Shown: piece after piece, positions 10,090-20,446 of the stretch
Numbering within the stretch: the stretch's first letter is position 1
How the letters are laid out: each line of letters begins with the position of its first letter
Origin: Bacteroidales bacterium
GTDB taxonomy: Bacteria > Bacteroidota > Bacteroidia > Bacteroidales > JAOZVK01
Length of the DNA: 43,990 bases
Reading direction: 5' to 3'
NCBI GenBank assembly: GCA_029938185.1
Contig: JAOZVK010000001.1
Span: forward strand, 1-43,990
Notes under the pieces: generated by a model
What the model was told of the DNA's origin: nothing
What the model saw: the letters and a program-made list of their open reading frames with translations, nothing else
Database searches by the model: none
Position numbers and translations under genes: made by a program

Positions 10090-10995
10090 TTAATCCAAAG
10101 TTTTTTTTATATAATCGCTTATTGCTTTTTGGTCATCAGGATTAAACCATACTATTTCTTTATCTCTTTTAAACCATGAAAGTTGTCGTTTTGCATACCT
10201 TCTTGAATTACGCTTTATTAGCTCAATAGCTTTATCTAAATCATGTTCATTGTCCAAATATGCAAAAATTTCTTTGTATCCTACAGTATTTAAGGAATTT
10301 AATTGCTTATGTTTATATAATTTTTTTGCTTCATTAAGTAAACCTGCATCAAACATTAAATCTACCCTTTTATTTATTATATTATATAGCTCTTCTCTAT
10401 TTCTTTGTAAACCAATTTTAATAATATTAAAACTACGTTCTTTTTTTATGCTTGTTCTAAAAGAAGAATATGTTTTTCCTGTCATTAAATAAACCTCTAT
10501 TGCTTTGAGAATACGTTTATGATTTCGGAGGTCTACAACTTTGTAATATTCAGGGTCTAATCTTTTTAAATCGAAACGTAGGCTTTCAATTCCTTCATTA
10601 TTGAACTTTTGAATTAAATCTTCTCTTAATTTACTGTCAATAGTTGGTAGATCGTCAATTCCATTACAAACAGCATCAATATACATACCCGAACCTCCAA
10701 CTAAAAGAGCATTATCTTTTTCTTTAAATATTTTGTCAAGAAGCTCAATTACTTCAAACTCAAACATACTTGCATTATAATAATCGTGTATTGATTTGTT
10801 ATGAATAAAATAATGCTTCACTTTGCTAAGTTGCTCTTCACTTGGAACTGCTGTTCCAATACTTAACTCTTTGTAAACTTGTCTCGAATCTGAAGATAAA
10901 ATATATGTATTTAATAATTTTGCAATATTTATGCTCAAATTTGTTTTACCTATTCCTGTAGGTCCTAATATTACAATTAAATTTTTTGTTTTCAA
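10090..10995 (-). CDS. miaA: tRNA dimethylallyltransferase MiaA (start probably the TTG giving MKTKNLIVILGPTGIGKT)
   Basis: P-loop GPTGIGKT, then ..SSDSRQVYKELSIGTA.., ..GGSGMYIDA.., ..YAKRQLSWF. The ORF extension to 11082 runs into a dispersed repeat. Confidence 0.9.
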   Translation of the reverse strand: MKTKNLIVILGPTGIGKTNLSINIAKLLNTYILSSDSRQVYKELSIGTAVPSEEQLSKVKHYFIHNKSIHDYYNASMFEFEVIELLDKIFKEKDNALLVGGSGMYIDAVCNGIDDLPTIDSKLREDLIQKFNNEGIESLRFDLKRLDPEYYKVVDLRNHKRILKAIEVYLMTGKTYSSFRTSIKKERSFNIIKIGLQRNREELYNIINKRVDLMFDAGLLNEAKKLYKHKQLNSLNTVGYKEIFAYLDNEHDLDKAIELIKRNSRRYAKRQLSWFKRDKEIVWFNPDDQKAISDYIKKTLD

Positions 10996-11040
10996 CAGTT
11001 CTATAATATTTAGGTTTTCAACCTGTTTAATATTTCTATT

Positions 11041-11103
11041 GCCCTCCCCCGCATTTCGCTTTGCTTCATACGGGGCTAACAATAGGTCGTCCCAATGGGA
11101 CTT
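11041..11103 (-). repeat. GC-rich double-hairpin repeat module (GTCCCATTGGGAC .. TTGTTAGCCCCGTATGAAGCAAAGCGAAATGCGGGG)
   Basis: The reverse complement matches 15356-15415 at roughly 90 percent by eye. Confidence 0.7.
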
Positions 11104-11169
11104 ATATTAATACACTAATTATCAAATATTAGGTGTAAACTAATTCATAATTCGTAATTCATAGATTCG

Positions 11170-11817
11170 TCATTTCCTTTCGACTTTCCAATCCGAAGGA
11201 TTTGTTTTCCATTTTTTTAGTACAGCAATATCATTGTCCAATATATAATTGGTTTCAAGTGCATTTTTAATCAAAATATCATAATTTGTAAGTGTTGTTA
11301 ATTTACAATTTGCCTTATCAAAATTTTCTTTTGCAATATCTAAATTATATGAAAAAATAGCCATCATTCCCTCAACTATATATCCATTATCTCGCAAAAT
11401 ATCAACAACTTTCAAACTACTTTTTCCTGTCGAAATTAAATCTTCTATCACCAAAATGGGATCATTTTTATTTACTTGTCCTTCGATTATGTTTTTTCGA
11501 CCATGTTTTTTTGCCTCTGGACGAACATATGCAAACGGTTTCGATAAACTGTCGGCAACCAATGCTCCCCATGCTATACCTCCTGTTGCAACTCCAACTA
11601 CTGTTTTTGCATTTTCAAATTTTTTTGAATGCTCAATAAATTCATTAATCATTAGTTTCCGCAACTTAGGGAATGAAAGTGCAATTCTATTATCGCAGTA
11701 AATTGGTGACTTTATTCCCGAAGCCCATGTAAATGGATTTGTTGGTTGCAATTTTATTGCTTTAATTTGCAATAACTTTTTTGCTATTTCATTTGATAAA
11801 CTTTTTAAACTATTCAT
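11170..11817 (-). CDS. pyrE: orotate phosphoribosyltransferase
   Basis: PRPP-binding loop ILVIEDLISTGKSS, plus FTWASGIKSPIYCDNR typical of PyrE. Confidence 0.9.
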   Translation of the reverse strand: MNSLKSLSNEIAKKLLQIKAIKLQPTNPFTWASGIKSPIYCDNRIALSFPKLRKLMINEFIEHSKKFENAKTVVGVATGGIAWGALVADSLSKPFAYVRPEAKKHGRKNIIEGQVNKNDPILVIEDLISTGKSSLKVVDILRDNGYIVEGMMAIFSYNLDIAKENFDKANCKLTTLTNYDILIKNALETNYILDNDIAVLKKWKTNPSDWKVERK

Positions 11818-11820
11818 TTT

Positions 11821-12417
11821 ATGTATAAAATATATTTTGAAAATAGATATATTGAATTAACGAACAACAAAAATAATAATAAATTTGAATTATATTATTA
11901 TTCAAAAATTAAAAATTTAAAAACTTTTATAAAACAGTTTATAAAAGATGGTAAAACACACAATATTTATATATATCACGAAAATATAGATATATTGGTT
12001 AAAGATTTTTTTGCTTGTTTTTGCTTAGTAGATGCTGCTGGAGGAGTAGTTGAAAATAGTGAAAATAAAATATTGATTATAAACCGTTTGGGTAGATGGG
12101 ATTTGCCTAAAGGCAAAGTTCATAAAAATGAAAATTACAAAACAGCTGCTCTAAGAGAAGTAAACGAAGAGTGTGGAATTAGTAATATGAAAATCATAGA
12201 TAGCATGCCAACAAGCTATCATACATATGCTCGTAGGGGGAAAAATATTTTGAAAAGAATATTTTGGTATAAAATGAAATATGAAGGAAATGAAAAATTA
12301 ATTCCTGAAAAAGAAGAAGGTATTACTGAAGCTATATGGGTAAAAAAAACAAAACTAAATAAGTTTTCTAAAAATACTTACCAAAGTTTAAAAATAGTTT
12401 TTAAAAAAATTAGATAA
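11821..12417 (+). CDS. NUDIX hydrolase
   Basis: Nudix box LPKGKVHKNENYKTAALREVNEECGI (GX5EX7REUXEEXGU). Confidence 0.85.
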   Translation: MYKIYFENRYIELTNNKNNNKFELYYYSKIKNLKTFIKQFIKDGKTHNIYIYHENIDILVKDFFACFCLVDAAGGVVENSENKILIINRLGRWDLPKGKVHKNENYKTAALREVNEECGISNMKIIDSMPTSYHTYARRGKNILKRIFWYKMKYEGNEKLIPEKEEGITEAIWVKKTKLNKFSKNTYQSLKIVFKKIR

Positions 12418-12450
12418 GGTCTTCGACCTATTTTGCTTATTTATAATAAA
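12418..12450 (+). repeat. GGTCTTCGACC-family element (head part)
   Basis: GGTCTTCGACCTATTTTGCTTATTTATAA starts on the base after the TAA stop at 12415-12417. Confidence 0.6.
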
Positions 12451-12515
12451 TACAAAAAGGCAGTTTTAATTTACAGAAAAACAACGTAACTTTGTATAGA
12501 TAGTGCAAGATTGGA

Positions 12516-13268
12516 TAGTCCCTACAAAACAGTGTTGGTATGCTAAATTTTACTATATTTACAAGAATATTTAAAAATTATTTCCGATGCACGAAAAAAA
12601 AAAAATAATTAACATATTTTGTTTAAATCCAAAATGCTCTAATTATAAAAAAAAAAATTGAAGCAATAAAATGTGGAAGCTATGAAACCAAAAATGATGT
12701 TGAACCCCGTCAACGTTTTAAAAGTAAGTCTTGCGCTTGTACTTTTTCAGAAACAGCATTTTCAGACATTCATGGTAAATATGGTTCTTTTAAAGAATAT
12801 TAAATATGTTGTAACTATAATAATTTGACAGGATTTGCTTGATTAACAGGGTATTATAAGCATGTAAATCCCGTCTAAAATACTAAAGAAACTTATGACT
12901 TGTTTCTGTAGTGCTATTGATTTTCCTGTTAAAACTCAAAATACCTCTTATGTAGAACGGCATAATTTAACATTAAGGGACATAAGTAAGTTATCTTGGT
13001 AGAAAAACAATTTCGTACTGAAAAAAAAAGTCTCATTTCAAAAGAATAATGTGGATTAATTTATTTGATTAAAATTACATTAGATTTCATAAAAGTTTAC
13101 GAAGAAAAATATCGAATTTAAGTAAAAAATTTGTGAAAAAATATATTCATAAAACTCCATCTATGGAATTGAAAATTTAAAAAAAAAAATTAAATTGGAA
13201 CTTATTGTTAATTTTATTGTATGTAATGCGTTGATAATTATATTAATACTGTTTTGTTGGGACAGTCG
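12516..13268 (+). mobile_element. decayed, internally deleted IS1-family-like element
   Basis: Imperfect terminal inverted repeats: GTCCCTACAAAACAGT at ~12518 and ACTGTTTTGTTGGGAC at ~13249. There is a zinc-ribbon InsA-like fragment (CLNPKCSNYKKK / IKCGSYETKNDVEPRQRFKSKSCACTFSE, broken at an A-run). An InsB C-terminal-like fragment VERHNLTLRDISKLSW*KNNFVLKKKVSFQK lies at ~12952-13050 and carries an in-frame stop. Confidence 0.5.
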
Positions 13269-13750
13269 GAAAAGGTACAACATTTTATTTTACAATACCA
13301 GATATTAAAATAGAAAAAAAAACAATTTTAAAAATGCAAACAAAAAGAAATATTAGTTATGATTGGCAAAATAATACTGTATTAATAGCTGAAGATGCAG
13401 ATATGAATTTTCTTCTTTTAAAAAGCTTTTTGCTAAAAACGAAGATCAATATCATATGGGCTAATAATGGTAAAATAGCTGTTGATATTTTTTTGGAAAA
13501 TAATAATATTGACTTAATTCTAATGGATATGCAAATGCCAATACTTAATGGCTATGAGGCAACAAAAAAAATTAAGGAAATTGACTCCAAAATACCAATT
13601 ATTGCACAAACAGCATTTGCAATGTCTGGCGAAAAAGAAAAAATACTTGATATTGGTTGTGACGATTATGTTTCTAAACCAATTAATAGAATAGAATTAT
13701 TAAAAAAAATGGACTATTATATAAATAGAAAAATTAATCACAATATATAA
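13268..13750 (+). pseudogene. 3' remnant of a hybrid sensor histidine kinase: end of the HATPase domain plus an intact CheY-like receiver domain (ORF 13334-13750)
   Basis: In frame upstream of the ATG is GKGTTFYFTIPD, the conserved end of an HK ATPase domain. This starts exactly at the right end of the IS1-like element. The receiver motifs are VLIAEDADMN, LILMDMQMPILNG and DYVSKPI. Confidence 0.65.
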
Positions 13751-13768
13751 ACTTTGGATAGGAAATTA

Positions 13769-13906
13769 GGCTACCCGTCAGAAATTGGACAATCTTGTTT
13801 TTCAAGTAGTTCTAATCAATGAATTAAAGTAAAGATTAGCAAAACTTTGCGTCAAACTTTGTGTAACTTTGCGGTTAAAAAGCGGCTAACTTAAAACTGG
13901 TAGCCC
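13769..13906. repeat. MITE-like element related to the GGCTAC..TTGGACA family, with a different core
   Basis: GGCTACCCGTCAGAAATTGGACA ... AACTTAAAACTGGTAGCCC, with an internal triple AACTTTG(C/T)G motif. Confidence 0.6.
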
Positions 13907-14043
13907 AGTTTATTATACATCGTACATAAGCAATATCAAACAAGTCGAGGACTTAATTATTAAAATAAATACAATTAAATTTTAATAATACTATAATAAT
14001 ACAGACTTTTGTATCATATTAAAAACTTAAAAAAAATATAAAA

Positions 14044-14229
14044 ATGGAAGAAAAAAAAGAGTTAAAGTGTTTGGTATGTGATAAAAGTGAGCAAGAAGTA
14101 CCTTTGATTATGCTAACATATAAAGGAAACGAATTGAGAATATGCCCTCAACACATGCCCGTATTAATACATAACCCTCATCAACTAATTGGAAAAGTAG
14201 ATGGTGCAGATGAATTTGTTGCAGGATAA
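14044..14229 (+). CDS. small CxxC...CPxH zinc-ribbon-like protein, function unknown
   Basis: KCLVCDKSEQ ... ICPQHMPVLIH. It is followed by a clean terminator. Confidence 0.5.
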   Translation: MEEKKELKCLVCDKSEQEVPLIMLTYKGNELRICPQHMPVLIHNPHQLIGKVDGADEFVAG

Positions 14230-14257
14230 GTATTAAACATACAAAAGTAAATTATTA

Positions 14258-14284
14258 AATCCGGCTTTTTGTCGGATTTTTTTA
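14258..14284 (+). terminator. intrinsic terminator
   Basis: AATCCGGC-TTTTT-GTCGGATT stem-loop followed by a T-run. Confidence 0.65.
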
Positions 14285-14327
14285 TATACACCATTATCTA
14301 TCGTAAGCAAATTATTCATTAGATACA

Positions 14328-15023
14328 ATGTCTAAAAAACCACCTTTACCAATAATTAAATACTATGACTTAAAAATAATTGACTATTTAGACGCTTTGA
14401 AATTGCAAAAAAAATTATTTCAAAAGTTAATAGATAATAAAAAAAATAATATACCCAACAAAGAATCATATATATTATCATGCGAACATTCACATGTTTA
14501 TACTTTAGGTAAACATGGTAACAAAAATAATCTATTGATTAACAATGAAGTTTTAAAAAAAAATAAAGCTTCATTTTATGATGTAGATAGAGGGGGGGAT
14601 ATTACCTATCATGGACCAGGACAAATTGTAATCTATCCAATTTTTGATTTAACCAACTTTAAAATTGGAATTAAAGAATATGTAAATAAAATAGAACAAT
14701 CTATAATAAATACTGTAGAAATTTATGGAATTAAACCCATTAGAATTAAAAATGCTCCTGGTATTTGGATTAATAACAATAATAAACTTAGAAAAATTTG
14801 TGCAATAGGTATAAAAGCGAGTCATAATATAACAATGCATGGTTTGGCACTAAATGTAAATACTAATCTTGATTATTTTAACAATATAAACCCATGTGGA
14901 TTTATTGACAGAAGTACCAGTTCTCTTCAAAATGAATTAAACAGAAAAATGAATATTGAGAAAATAAAAGCAGAAATATTAGACAATATTGGCTTGATAT
15001 TTAATACAAAAATAATATTTTAG
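14328..15023 (+). CDS. lipB: octanoyltransferase (lipoyl(octanoyl) transferase) LipB
   Basis: HVYTLGKHG, RGGDITYHGPGQIVIYPI and KICAIGIKASHNITMHGLALNV. Confidence 0.9.
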   Translation: MSKKPPLPIIKYYDLKIIDYLDALKLQKKLFQKLIDNKKNNIPNKESYILSCEHSHVYTLGKHGNKNNLLINNEVLKKNKASFYDVDRGGDITYHGPGQIVIYPIFDLTNFKIGIKEYVNKIEQSIINTVEIYGIKPIRIKNAPGIWINNNNKLRKICAIGIKASHNITMHGLALNVNTNLDYFNNINPCGFIDRSTSSLQNELNRKMNIEKIKAEILDNIGLIFNTKIIF

Positions 15024-15046
15024 AATCTTTTTTGGCATTTTTCATT

Positions 15047-15256
15047 TATCGCTTGACACTTTTGGGATTTAAAACCTTATTTTTTTTTGTTTTAACCTTA
15101 GTAGAAATAAAGTTTAATCGTCATTATTAACCTTATTACCTTATTTAAACGATTATAAATAAGGTAATAAGGTTTAAGAAATTTTGGTCATATTTATTTT
15201 CTATTAAGGTTTAAAATAAAAAATAAGGTTTTTAAGAATAAAAAAAGTGTCAACTA
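15047..15256. repeat. long imperfect palindrome (~100-bp arms) built from AACCTTAT(T) motifs
   Basis: Left arm TTGACACTTTT..AAAACCTTATTTTTTT..TTAACCTTATTACCTTATTTA. Centre AACGATT. Right arm is the near reverse complement, ending AAAAAGTGTCAA. Confidence 0.75.
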
Positions 15257-15355
15257 CTTTTTGTAATTTATGAAACTTGCCCATATTTTTTATCACAGAG
15301 TAACACAGAGTGAAATTTCACAGTGTATCACAGAGTTTTAGGTTAGCAATCAAAA

Positions 15356-15415
15356 GTCCGTATGGACGACCTATTGTTAGCCCCGTATGAAGCAAAGCTA
15401 AATGCGGGGAATGCA
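15356..15415 (+). repeat. GC-rich double-hairpin repeat module (second copy)
   Basis: GTCCGTATGGACGACCTATTGTTAGCCCCGTATGAAGCAAAGCTAAATGCGGGG matches the reverse complement of 11041-11103. Confidence 0.7.
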
Positions 15416-15462
15416 AGTGTGTAAATCATAATAATACAATCAAAAAAAGAATAAAACTTGAA

Positions 15463-15565
15463 CTAAGTAGTATAACAAAAGTTTTTCGGCATTTAGGTTT
15501 TTGCAATTAGCTATATAACAGTAGTATGTAAAAACGCGTAAGCCACATTAAATAGGTCGAAGACC
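15463..15565 (-). repeat. GGTCTTCGACC-family element, full-length copy
   Basis: ..CAAAAGTTTTTCGGCATTT...GCGTAAGCCACATTAAATAGGTCGAAGACC. Confidence 0.8.
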
Positions 15566-15577
15566 TTAATTTATTTT

Positions 15578-15680
15578 GTAACTACTATTACAAAAGTTTT
15601 TCGGTATTTGTTTTTGTGCAATTGGCTATATGATAGCAATTAATAAAAATGCGTAAGCCACATTAAATAGGTCGAAGACC
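15578..15680 (-). repeat. GGTCTTCGACC-family element, full-length copy in tandem with the previous one
   Basis: ..CAAAAGTTTTTCGGTATTTGTTTTTGTGCAATTGGCTATATGATAGCAATT..GCGTAAGCCACATTAAATAGGTCGAAGACC, ending 5 nt before the stop of the gene at 15686. Confidence 0.8.
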
Positions 15681-15685
15681 TTATT

Positions 15686-16498
15686 TTATTCATATCTACC
15701 AGATTTTAGTATTCCAATTTCGTTTTTGGAAAGAAATCTCCATTTCCCTCTCGGTAGACTTTTTTTTGTTAATCCTGCAAAATATACTCTATCAAGCCTT
15801 ATTACTTTATAATCAAAATGCTCAAAAATACGTCTTATAATTCTGTTTTTACCAGAATGTATTTCTACACCTATATTACTTTTATCCATTCCTTCGACAT
15901 AGCTTACTGCATCAGGTTTTGCCATTCCATCATCTAACTCTACACCTTCTATTATTGCCGATAAATCTCTTTTTGTTAATACTTTGTCAAGACTTACATG
16001 ATATGTTTTCTTTTTATTATATTTAGGATGGGTTAATTTTCCTGTTATATCACCATCATTAGTAAATAAAAGTAAACCTGTTGTGTTTCTATCTAACCTA
16101 CCTACAGGATAAACTCTTTCTTCGCAAGCATTTTTTATCAAGTCAATAACTTTTTTCTTGGCATAAGGATCGCTTAATGTTGTGATAAAATCTTTTGGTT
16201 TATTTAGTAATATGTATTGTTTTTTTTCAGCCGACATTTTTTTTCCTTTGACTTTAACAATATCCGATGATTTAACTTTCGTTCCTAATTCTTTTACTGT
16301 TTTATTATTAACAGTAACATTTCCAGCAACAATATGTTTATCAGCCTCTCTTCTTGAACACAAACCAGCATTTGCAATAAATTTATTCAAGCGAATATCT
16401 ATTTGCTCAACTTCTTCTTTTATTTTAGTATTTTTAAATTTATTTTGTTTATTTGCCTCTATTTTTTTTTCAATTCTACTTTTATATTTTTTTTGCAT
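15686..16498 (-). CDS. rluB: RsuA/RluB-family 23S/16S rRNA pseudouridine synthase with N-terminal S4 domain
   Basis: S4 domain IRLNKFIANAGLCSRREADKHIVAGNVTVN. Catalytic motif VYPVGRLDRNTTGLLLFTNDG. Confidence 0.85.
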   Translation of the reverse strand: MQKKYKSRIEKKIEANKQNKFKNTKIKEEVEQIDIRLNKFIANAGLCSRREADKHIVAGNVTVNNKTVKELGTKVKSSDIVKVKGKKMSAEKKQYILLNKPKDFITTLSDPYAKKKVIDLIKNACEERVYPVGRLDRNTTGLLLFTNDGDITGKLTHPKYNKKKTYHVSLDKVLTKRDLSAIIEGVELDDGMAKPDAVSYVEGMDKSNIGVEIHSGKNRIIRRIFEHFDYKVIRLDRVYFAGLTKKSLPRGKWRFLSKNEIGILKSGRYE

Positions 16499-16521
16499 AT
16501 CCTAATTGTTTTTAAAACTAA

Positions 16522-16622
16522 GGTCTTTGACCTATTTATTGTTGCTTACGTATTTTTTTAATGCTTTAATAATGTGCGATTTAATAAAATATTGAAAAAC
16601 TTTTGTTAGACTACTTATAATC
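16522..16622 (+). repeat. GGTCTTCGACC-family element
   Basis: GGTCTTTGACCTATTTATTGTTGCTTACG...GAAAAACTTTTGTTAGACTACTTATAA. Confidence 0.75.
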
Positions 16623-16680
16623 AAGTGTCGCAAAAAATTTTATGCGAAAGTAGCGTAAAAAGGTTCGAAGAGCCAAAATA

Positions 16681-16711
16681 AAAAATGAAGCCTAAAAAAA
16701 GTGGCTTCATT
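16681..16711 (-). terminator. probable intrinsic terminator downstream of infB
   Basis: The minus strand reads TGAAGCC-ACTTTTTTTA-GGCTTCA followed by TTTTTTATTTT. Confidence 0.5.
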
Positions 16712-16751
16712 TAGACTCTTTGAGCCTTTTTATATTGCTTTCACCTAATTA

Positions 16752-16856
16752 AGTCTTCGACATATTTAATGTGGCTTATACATTTTTATAAATTGCTATT
16801 ATGTAGCCAATTATACAAAAATAAATGCCGAAAAACTTTTGTTTGGGTACTTAGTT
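16752..16856 (+). repeat. GGTCTTCGACC-family element
   Basis: AGTCTTCGACATATTTAATGTGGCTTATACATTTTTATAAATTGCTATTATGTAGCCAATTATACAAAAATAAATGCCGAAAAACTTTTGT.. Confidence 0.8.
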
Positions 16857-16879
16857 TAATAATTGTAAAAGTAAAAATT

Positions 16880-16911
16880 GTACCTGAGCTACACTAAATA
16901 GGTCGAAGACC
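16880..16911 (-). repeat. GGTCTTCGACC-family element (head part)
   Basis: CTACACTAAATAGGTCGAAGACC, 7 nt before the infB stop codon. Confidence 0.6.
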
Positions 16912-16918
16912 TTAATAT

Positions 16919-19900
16919 TTATGATAAAATTTGTCTTACTTCAGTTTCCTGAAAACTTTCAACCATATCACCAACTTTAATATCATTAAATCTTTCTATG
17001 TTCAAACCGCATTCAAATCCTTTCGAAACATCTTTAACATCGTCTTTAAATCTCTTTAATGAACCCAGTTCTCCAGTATAAATAACTATTCCATCTCTGA
17101 TAACCCGAACTTTATTTTTTCTAAATATTTTACCCTCTTTAACCATACATCCTCCAATGGTTCCAACTTTGGTAATTTTAAAGATTTCTCTAATTTCGGC
17201 AGTACCATTAATTTTTTCTTTAATTATTGGACTAAGCATTCCCTCCATTGCACTTTTTATCTCATTAATGGCATCGTATATAATAGAATATTGCTGAATA
17301 TCAATCTGTTCTTTTTCAGCCAATTTTCTTGCACTATGCGATGGTCTAACCTGAAATCCTATTATTATAGCATTAGATGCAGTCGCTAGTGTAACATCTG
17401 ATTCTGCAATTTGACCTACAGCTTTATGAATAATATTAATTTGAATTTCATCTTTTGATAATCTTATTAAAGCATCTGATAAAGCCTCAACCGAACCATC
17501 AACATCACCTTTTACAATAATATTTAATTCTTTGAAGTTTCCGATTGCAATACGTCTACCTATTTCATCAAGTGTAATATGTTTATGTGCTCTTAAACCT
17601 TGTTCTCTTAATACTTGTTCTCTTTTGTTTGCTATATCTCTTGCTTCACGTTCACTATTTACAACATTTAGTTTATCTCCAGCTTGAGGTGCTCCGTTCA
17701 ACCCAAGTATTAGTGCAGGGTATGATGGTCCAGCTATTTCAATACGCTGATTTCTCTCGTTAAACATAGCTTTTATTTTACCGCTAAAAGCTCCAGCTAA
17801 TACAACATCTCCTACTTTTAGTGTTCCAGCTTTTACAAGTACCTTAGCTAAATAGCCTCTACCTTTATCCAAAGATGATTCTAAAACTGTTCCAATTGCA
17901 TTTTTGTTTGGATTGGCTTTAAGTTCAAGCATCTCTGCTTCAAGTAAAACTAATTCAAGTAGTTCTTCTATATTTATACCTTGTTTAGCTGATATATCTT
18001 TAGATTGGTATTTCCCTCCCCATGATTCAACTAGATAATTCATGTTGGCTAATTCTTCTTTTATTTTATCAGGGTTTGCTCCTTCTTTATCTATTTTATT
18101 GATTGCAAATACAATTGGAACATTAGCAGCTTGAGCGTGATTAATAGCTTCAATTGTTTGAGGCATAACACTATCATCAGCAGATACAACAACAATTACA
18201 ACATCGGTAATTTTAGCTCCTCTTGCACGCATTGCAGTAAATGCTTCATGTCCTGGAGTATCTAAAAATGTTATTTTTTGCCCATTTTTCAATTTAAGAT
18301 TGTAAGCTCCAATATGTTGTGTAATACCACCAGCTTCTCCTGCAATAACATTTGTATTTCTAATATAATCAAGCAAAGATGTTTTTCCATGATCAACATG
18401 CCCCATAACTGTTACAATTGGAGCTCTGTTTTTTAAATCGGATTCTTTATCTTGTTCTTCTTCAACTGTTTTTTGAACATCAACGCTTACAAACTCAACC
18501 TTATAACCAAATTCTTCAGCAACTAATACAATTGTATCAGCATCAAGACGTTGGTTTATCGAAACAAGTAAACCTAAGTTCATACATGTCGAAATAACAT
18601 TATTAACAGGAACACTCATCATTCCAGCTAAATCGTTTACTGAAACAAACTCAGTAACTTTAAGAATTGTTTTTTCTTTTTCAATTTTGTCAAGCTCTTT
18701 TTGATGCTTTTTCTCAATTTCAACTCTTTTTTCTTTTCTATGCCTTACACCTTTGTTTTTCTTTTTTGATGTTAATCTGGCAAGAGTTTCTTTGATTTGT
18801 TTTTGAACATCTTTTTCGTCTACTTCTTTTTTCTGAACCCTAAGATTCTTTTTGGCAAATCTACCCCTTGTTAGTCTTATTTTTTTTCTAGGAGTTTTTA
18901 ACTCAATTTTTTTAGGAGTTTTTGTTCCTTCTGTTTTAGTTACAGTTTTCTTTTCGGTAGTTTGTTGTTTAGCTAAGTTTATTGGTGCTTTTTTTATTCG
19001 TTTTCGTCTCTTTTTTCTACGCCTAACAACTTTATTTTTATCAGCAGGTGTAGATTGTTTCTTTTTTTCTTGTTGAGTAGGTAATTCTATTTTTCCAACA
19101 ACGGTTGGTCCTGTAAGTTTCTTTACTTTTGTTTGAAAAATCGTTTCTTTTTTTAAAGTTTCCGCTTCTTTTTCAACAACTTGCATATTCTTATTTACTT
19201 TCCCACCTTCTTTTTGTTGTTCTTTTTTTATTATATGATCGTTTATACTTTTTTTCTTTTCTTGCTTTTGTTGTTGTTGTTTATCTTTATTATGAATAGA
19301 TTCAATTTTTGCTTTCAAGTTTACTCTTCTTTCTTCTTCTTTCTCTTTTTGAGTTTTCTTTTTTGGTCTTGTTCTTTGGTTTATTGATTTTAAATCAATT
19401 TTACCAATTACCTTAAAATCCTTTGCAGATTTTTTATCATCATCATTGTCAGAAACAGATTTTTTAATAGTTTTTGACACATTTATTTCATCTTTACTTA
19501 TTTCATCTTTACTTATTTGATCTTTCTTTGTCTGCTCTTTTTGTGTTTCATCAGTTTTTGCTTCCTCAACTTTTGTTTCCTCAACTTTTACTTCCTCTTT
19601 TTTCAGCGTTTCTTTTTTCTTTAGCTTTATTTTTTCTTCTTTTTTATTTTCAATTGTTTTTTTCTCAACTTTAGGAAGTTCATTTGGTTCTTCGATTACA
19701 TTAATTTCTTTTTTAGAAACATCTTCCTTTACCAAATTGTTTTTCTTTTCTTCAACTGGTTTATCCAATTTATCAATTACTACTTTCTCTGAGATAGTTT
19801 CCAAATTGCTTGTATCCTTCTTGACTTTTTCTTTATTTTCAAGTTCGTTAAGATTAATTTTTCCGACTATTTTGAATTTATTATCCTTAACAATACTGTT

Positions 19901-20242
19901 GCTAACTTCTTTGGTTTCTTTTAAAGTATGGCTTGTATCCTTAACTAAAATAACATTTTCTTCATCAGATTCTTTATTCTCTACCTTGTCAGATAAATTA
20001 TTTACCGAAAGAGTTTCTTTTTTTTCTCTATTTTTAAGTAAACCTAATTTCTTAGATTCTTTTTTCAGGTAAATCTCTGAACTATATTCTTTTACCAAAA
20101 CCGCATAACATTCTGGCGTAACTTTAGTATTAGGGTTTGAGTTAATATCAAATCCTTTTTTTTTCAAAAATTCAATTATTGTTGAAATTCCAACATTAAA
20201 TTCTCTTGCTATTTTACTAAGTCTTTTAGTTTTTATTGCCAT
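16919..20242 (-). CDS. infB: translation initiation factor IF-2
   Basis: GTPase motifs [17 protein letters not shown] and NKID. It has a long K/E-rich low-complexity N-terminal region, and the C-terminal domains end ..VESFQETEV. Confidence 0.97.
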   Translation of the reverse strand: MAIKTKRLSKIAREFNVGISTIIEFLKKKGFDINSNPNTKVTPECYAVLVKEYSSEIYLKKESKKLGLLKNREKKETLSVNNLSDKVENKESDEENVILVKDTSHTLKETKEVSNSIVKDNKFKIVGKINLNELENKEKVKKDTSNLETISEKVVIDKLDKPVEEKKNNLVKEDVSKKEINVIEEPNELPKVEKKTIENKKEEKIKLKKKETLKKEEVKVEETKVEEAKTDETQKEQTKKDQISKDEISKDEINVSKTIKKSVSDNDDDKKSAKDFKVIGKIDLKSINQRTRPKKKTQKEKEEERRVNLKAKIESIHNKDKQQQQKQEKKKSINDHIIKKEQQKEGGKVNKNMQVVEKEAETLKKETIFQTKVKKLTGPTVVGKIELPTQQEKKKQSTPADKNKVVRRRKKRRKRIKKAPINLAKQQTTEKKTVTKTEGTKTPKKIELKTPRKKIRLTRGRFAKKNLRVQKKEVDEKDVQKQIKETLARLTSKKKNKGVRHRKEKRVEIEKKHQKELDKIEKEKTILKVTEFVSVNDLAGMMSVPVNNVISTCMNLGLLVSINQRLDADTIVLVAEEFGYKVEFVSVDVQKTVEEEQDKESDLKNRAPIVTVMGHVDHGKTSLLDYIRNTNVIAGEAGGITQHIGAYNLKLKNGQKITFLDTPGHEAFTAMRARGAKITDVVIVVVSADDSVMPQTIEAINHAQAANVPIVFAINKIDKEGANPDKIKEELANMNYLVESWGGKYQSKDISAKQGINIEELLELVLLEAEMLELKANPNKNAIGTVLESSLDKGRGYLAKVLVKAGTLKVGDVVLAGAFSGKIKAMFNERNQRIEIAGPSYPALILGLNGAPQAGDKLNVVNSEREARDIANKREQVLREQGLRAHKHITLDEIGRRIAIGNFKELNIIVKGDVDGSVEALSDALIRLSKDEIQINIIHKAVGQIAESDVTLATASNAIIIGFQVRPSHSARKLAEKEQIDIQQYSIIYDAINEIKSAMEGMLSPIIKEKINGTAEIREIFKITKVGTIGGCMVKEGKIFRKNKVRVIRDGIVIYTGELGSLKRFKDDVKDVSKGFECGLNIERFNDIKVGDMVESFQETEVRQILS

Positions 20243-20446
20243 ATTTTGACTTTAATCAATTTTTTTGCACATTCATTACCAAAAATAATTATTTTGGAAC
20301 AACTATTGTAATTTTGAATGTGTTCTTGTAGTTATAATACTTATTTTCTAAAATTATAATTTTAAGGTTTTTTAAACCTACTAAATGCTACTTATGCATT
20401 TTATCAATTTTCTAATAATATAATAATTAAACAAAACATAAATTAT

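Noticed and set aside
18852-20072. Four plus-strand ORFs (18852-19076, 19181-19387, 19474-19674, 19737-20072).
   Set aside because: They are antisense to the K/E-rich low-complexity region of infB. Their F/L-rich products are the mirror image of that bias, not genes.
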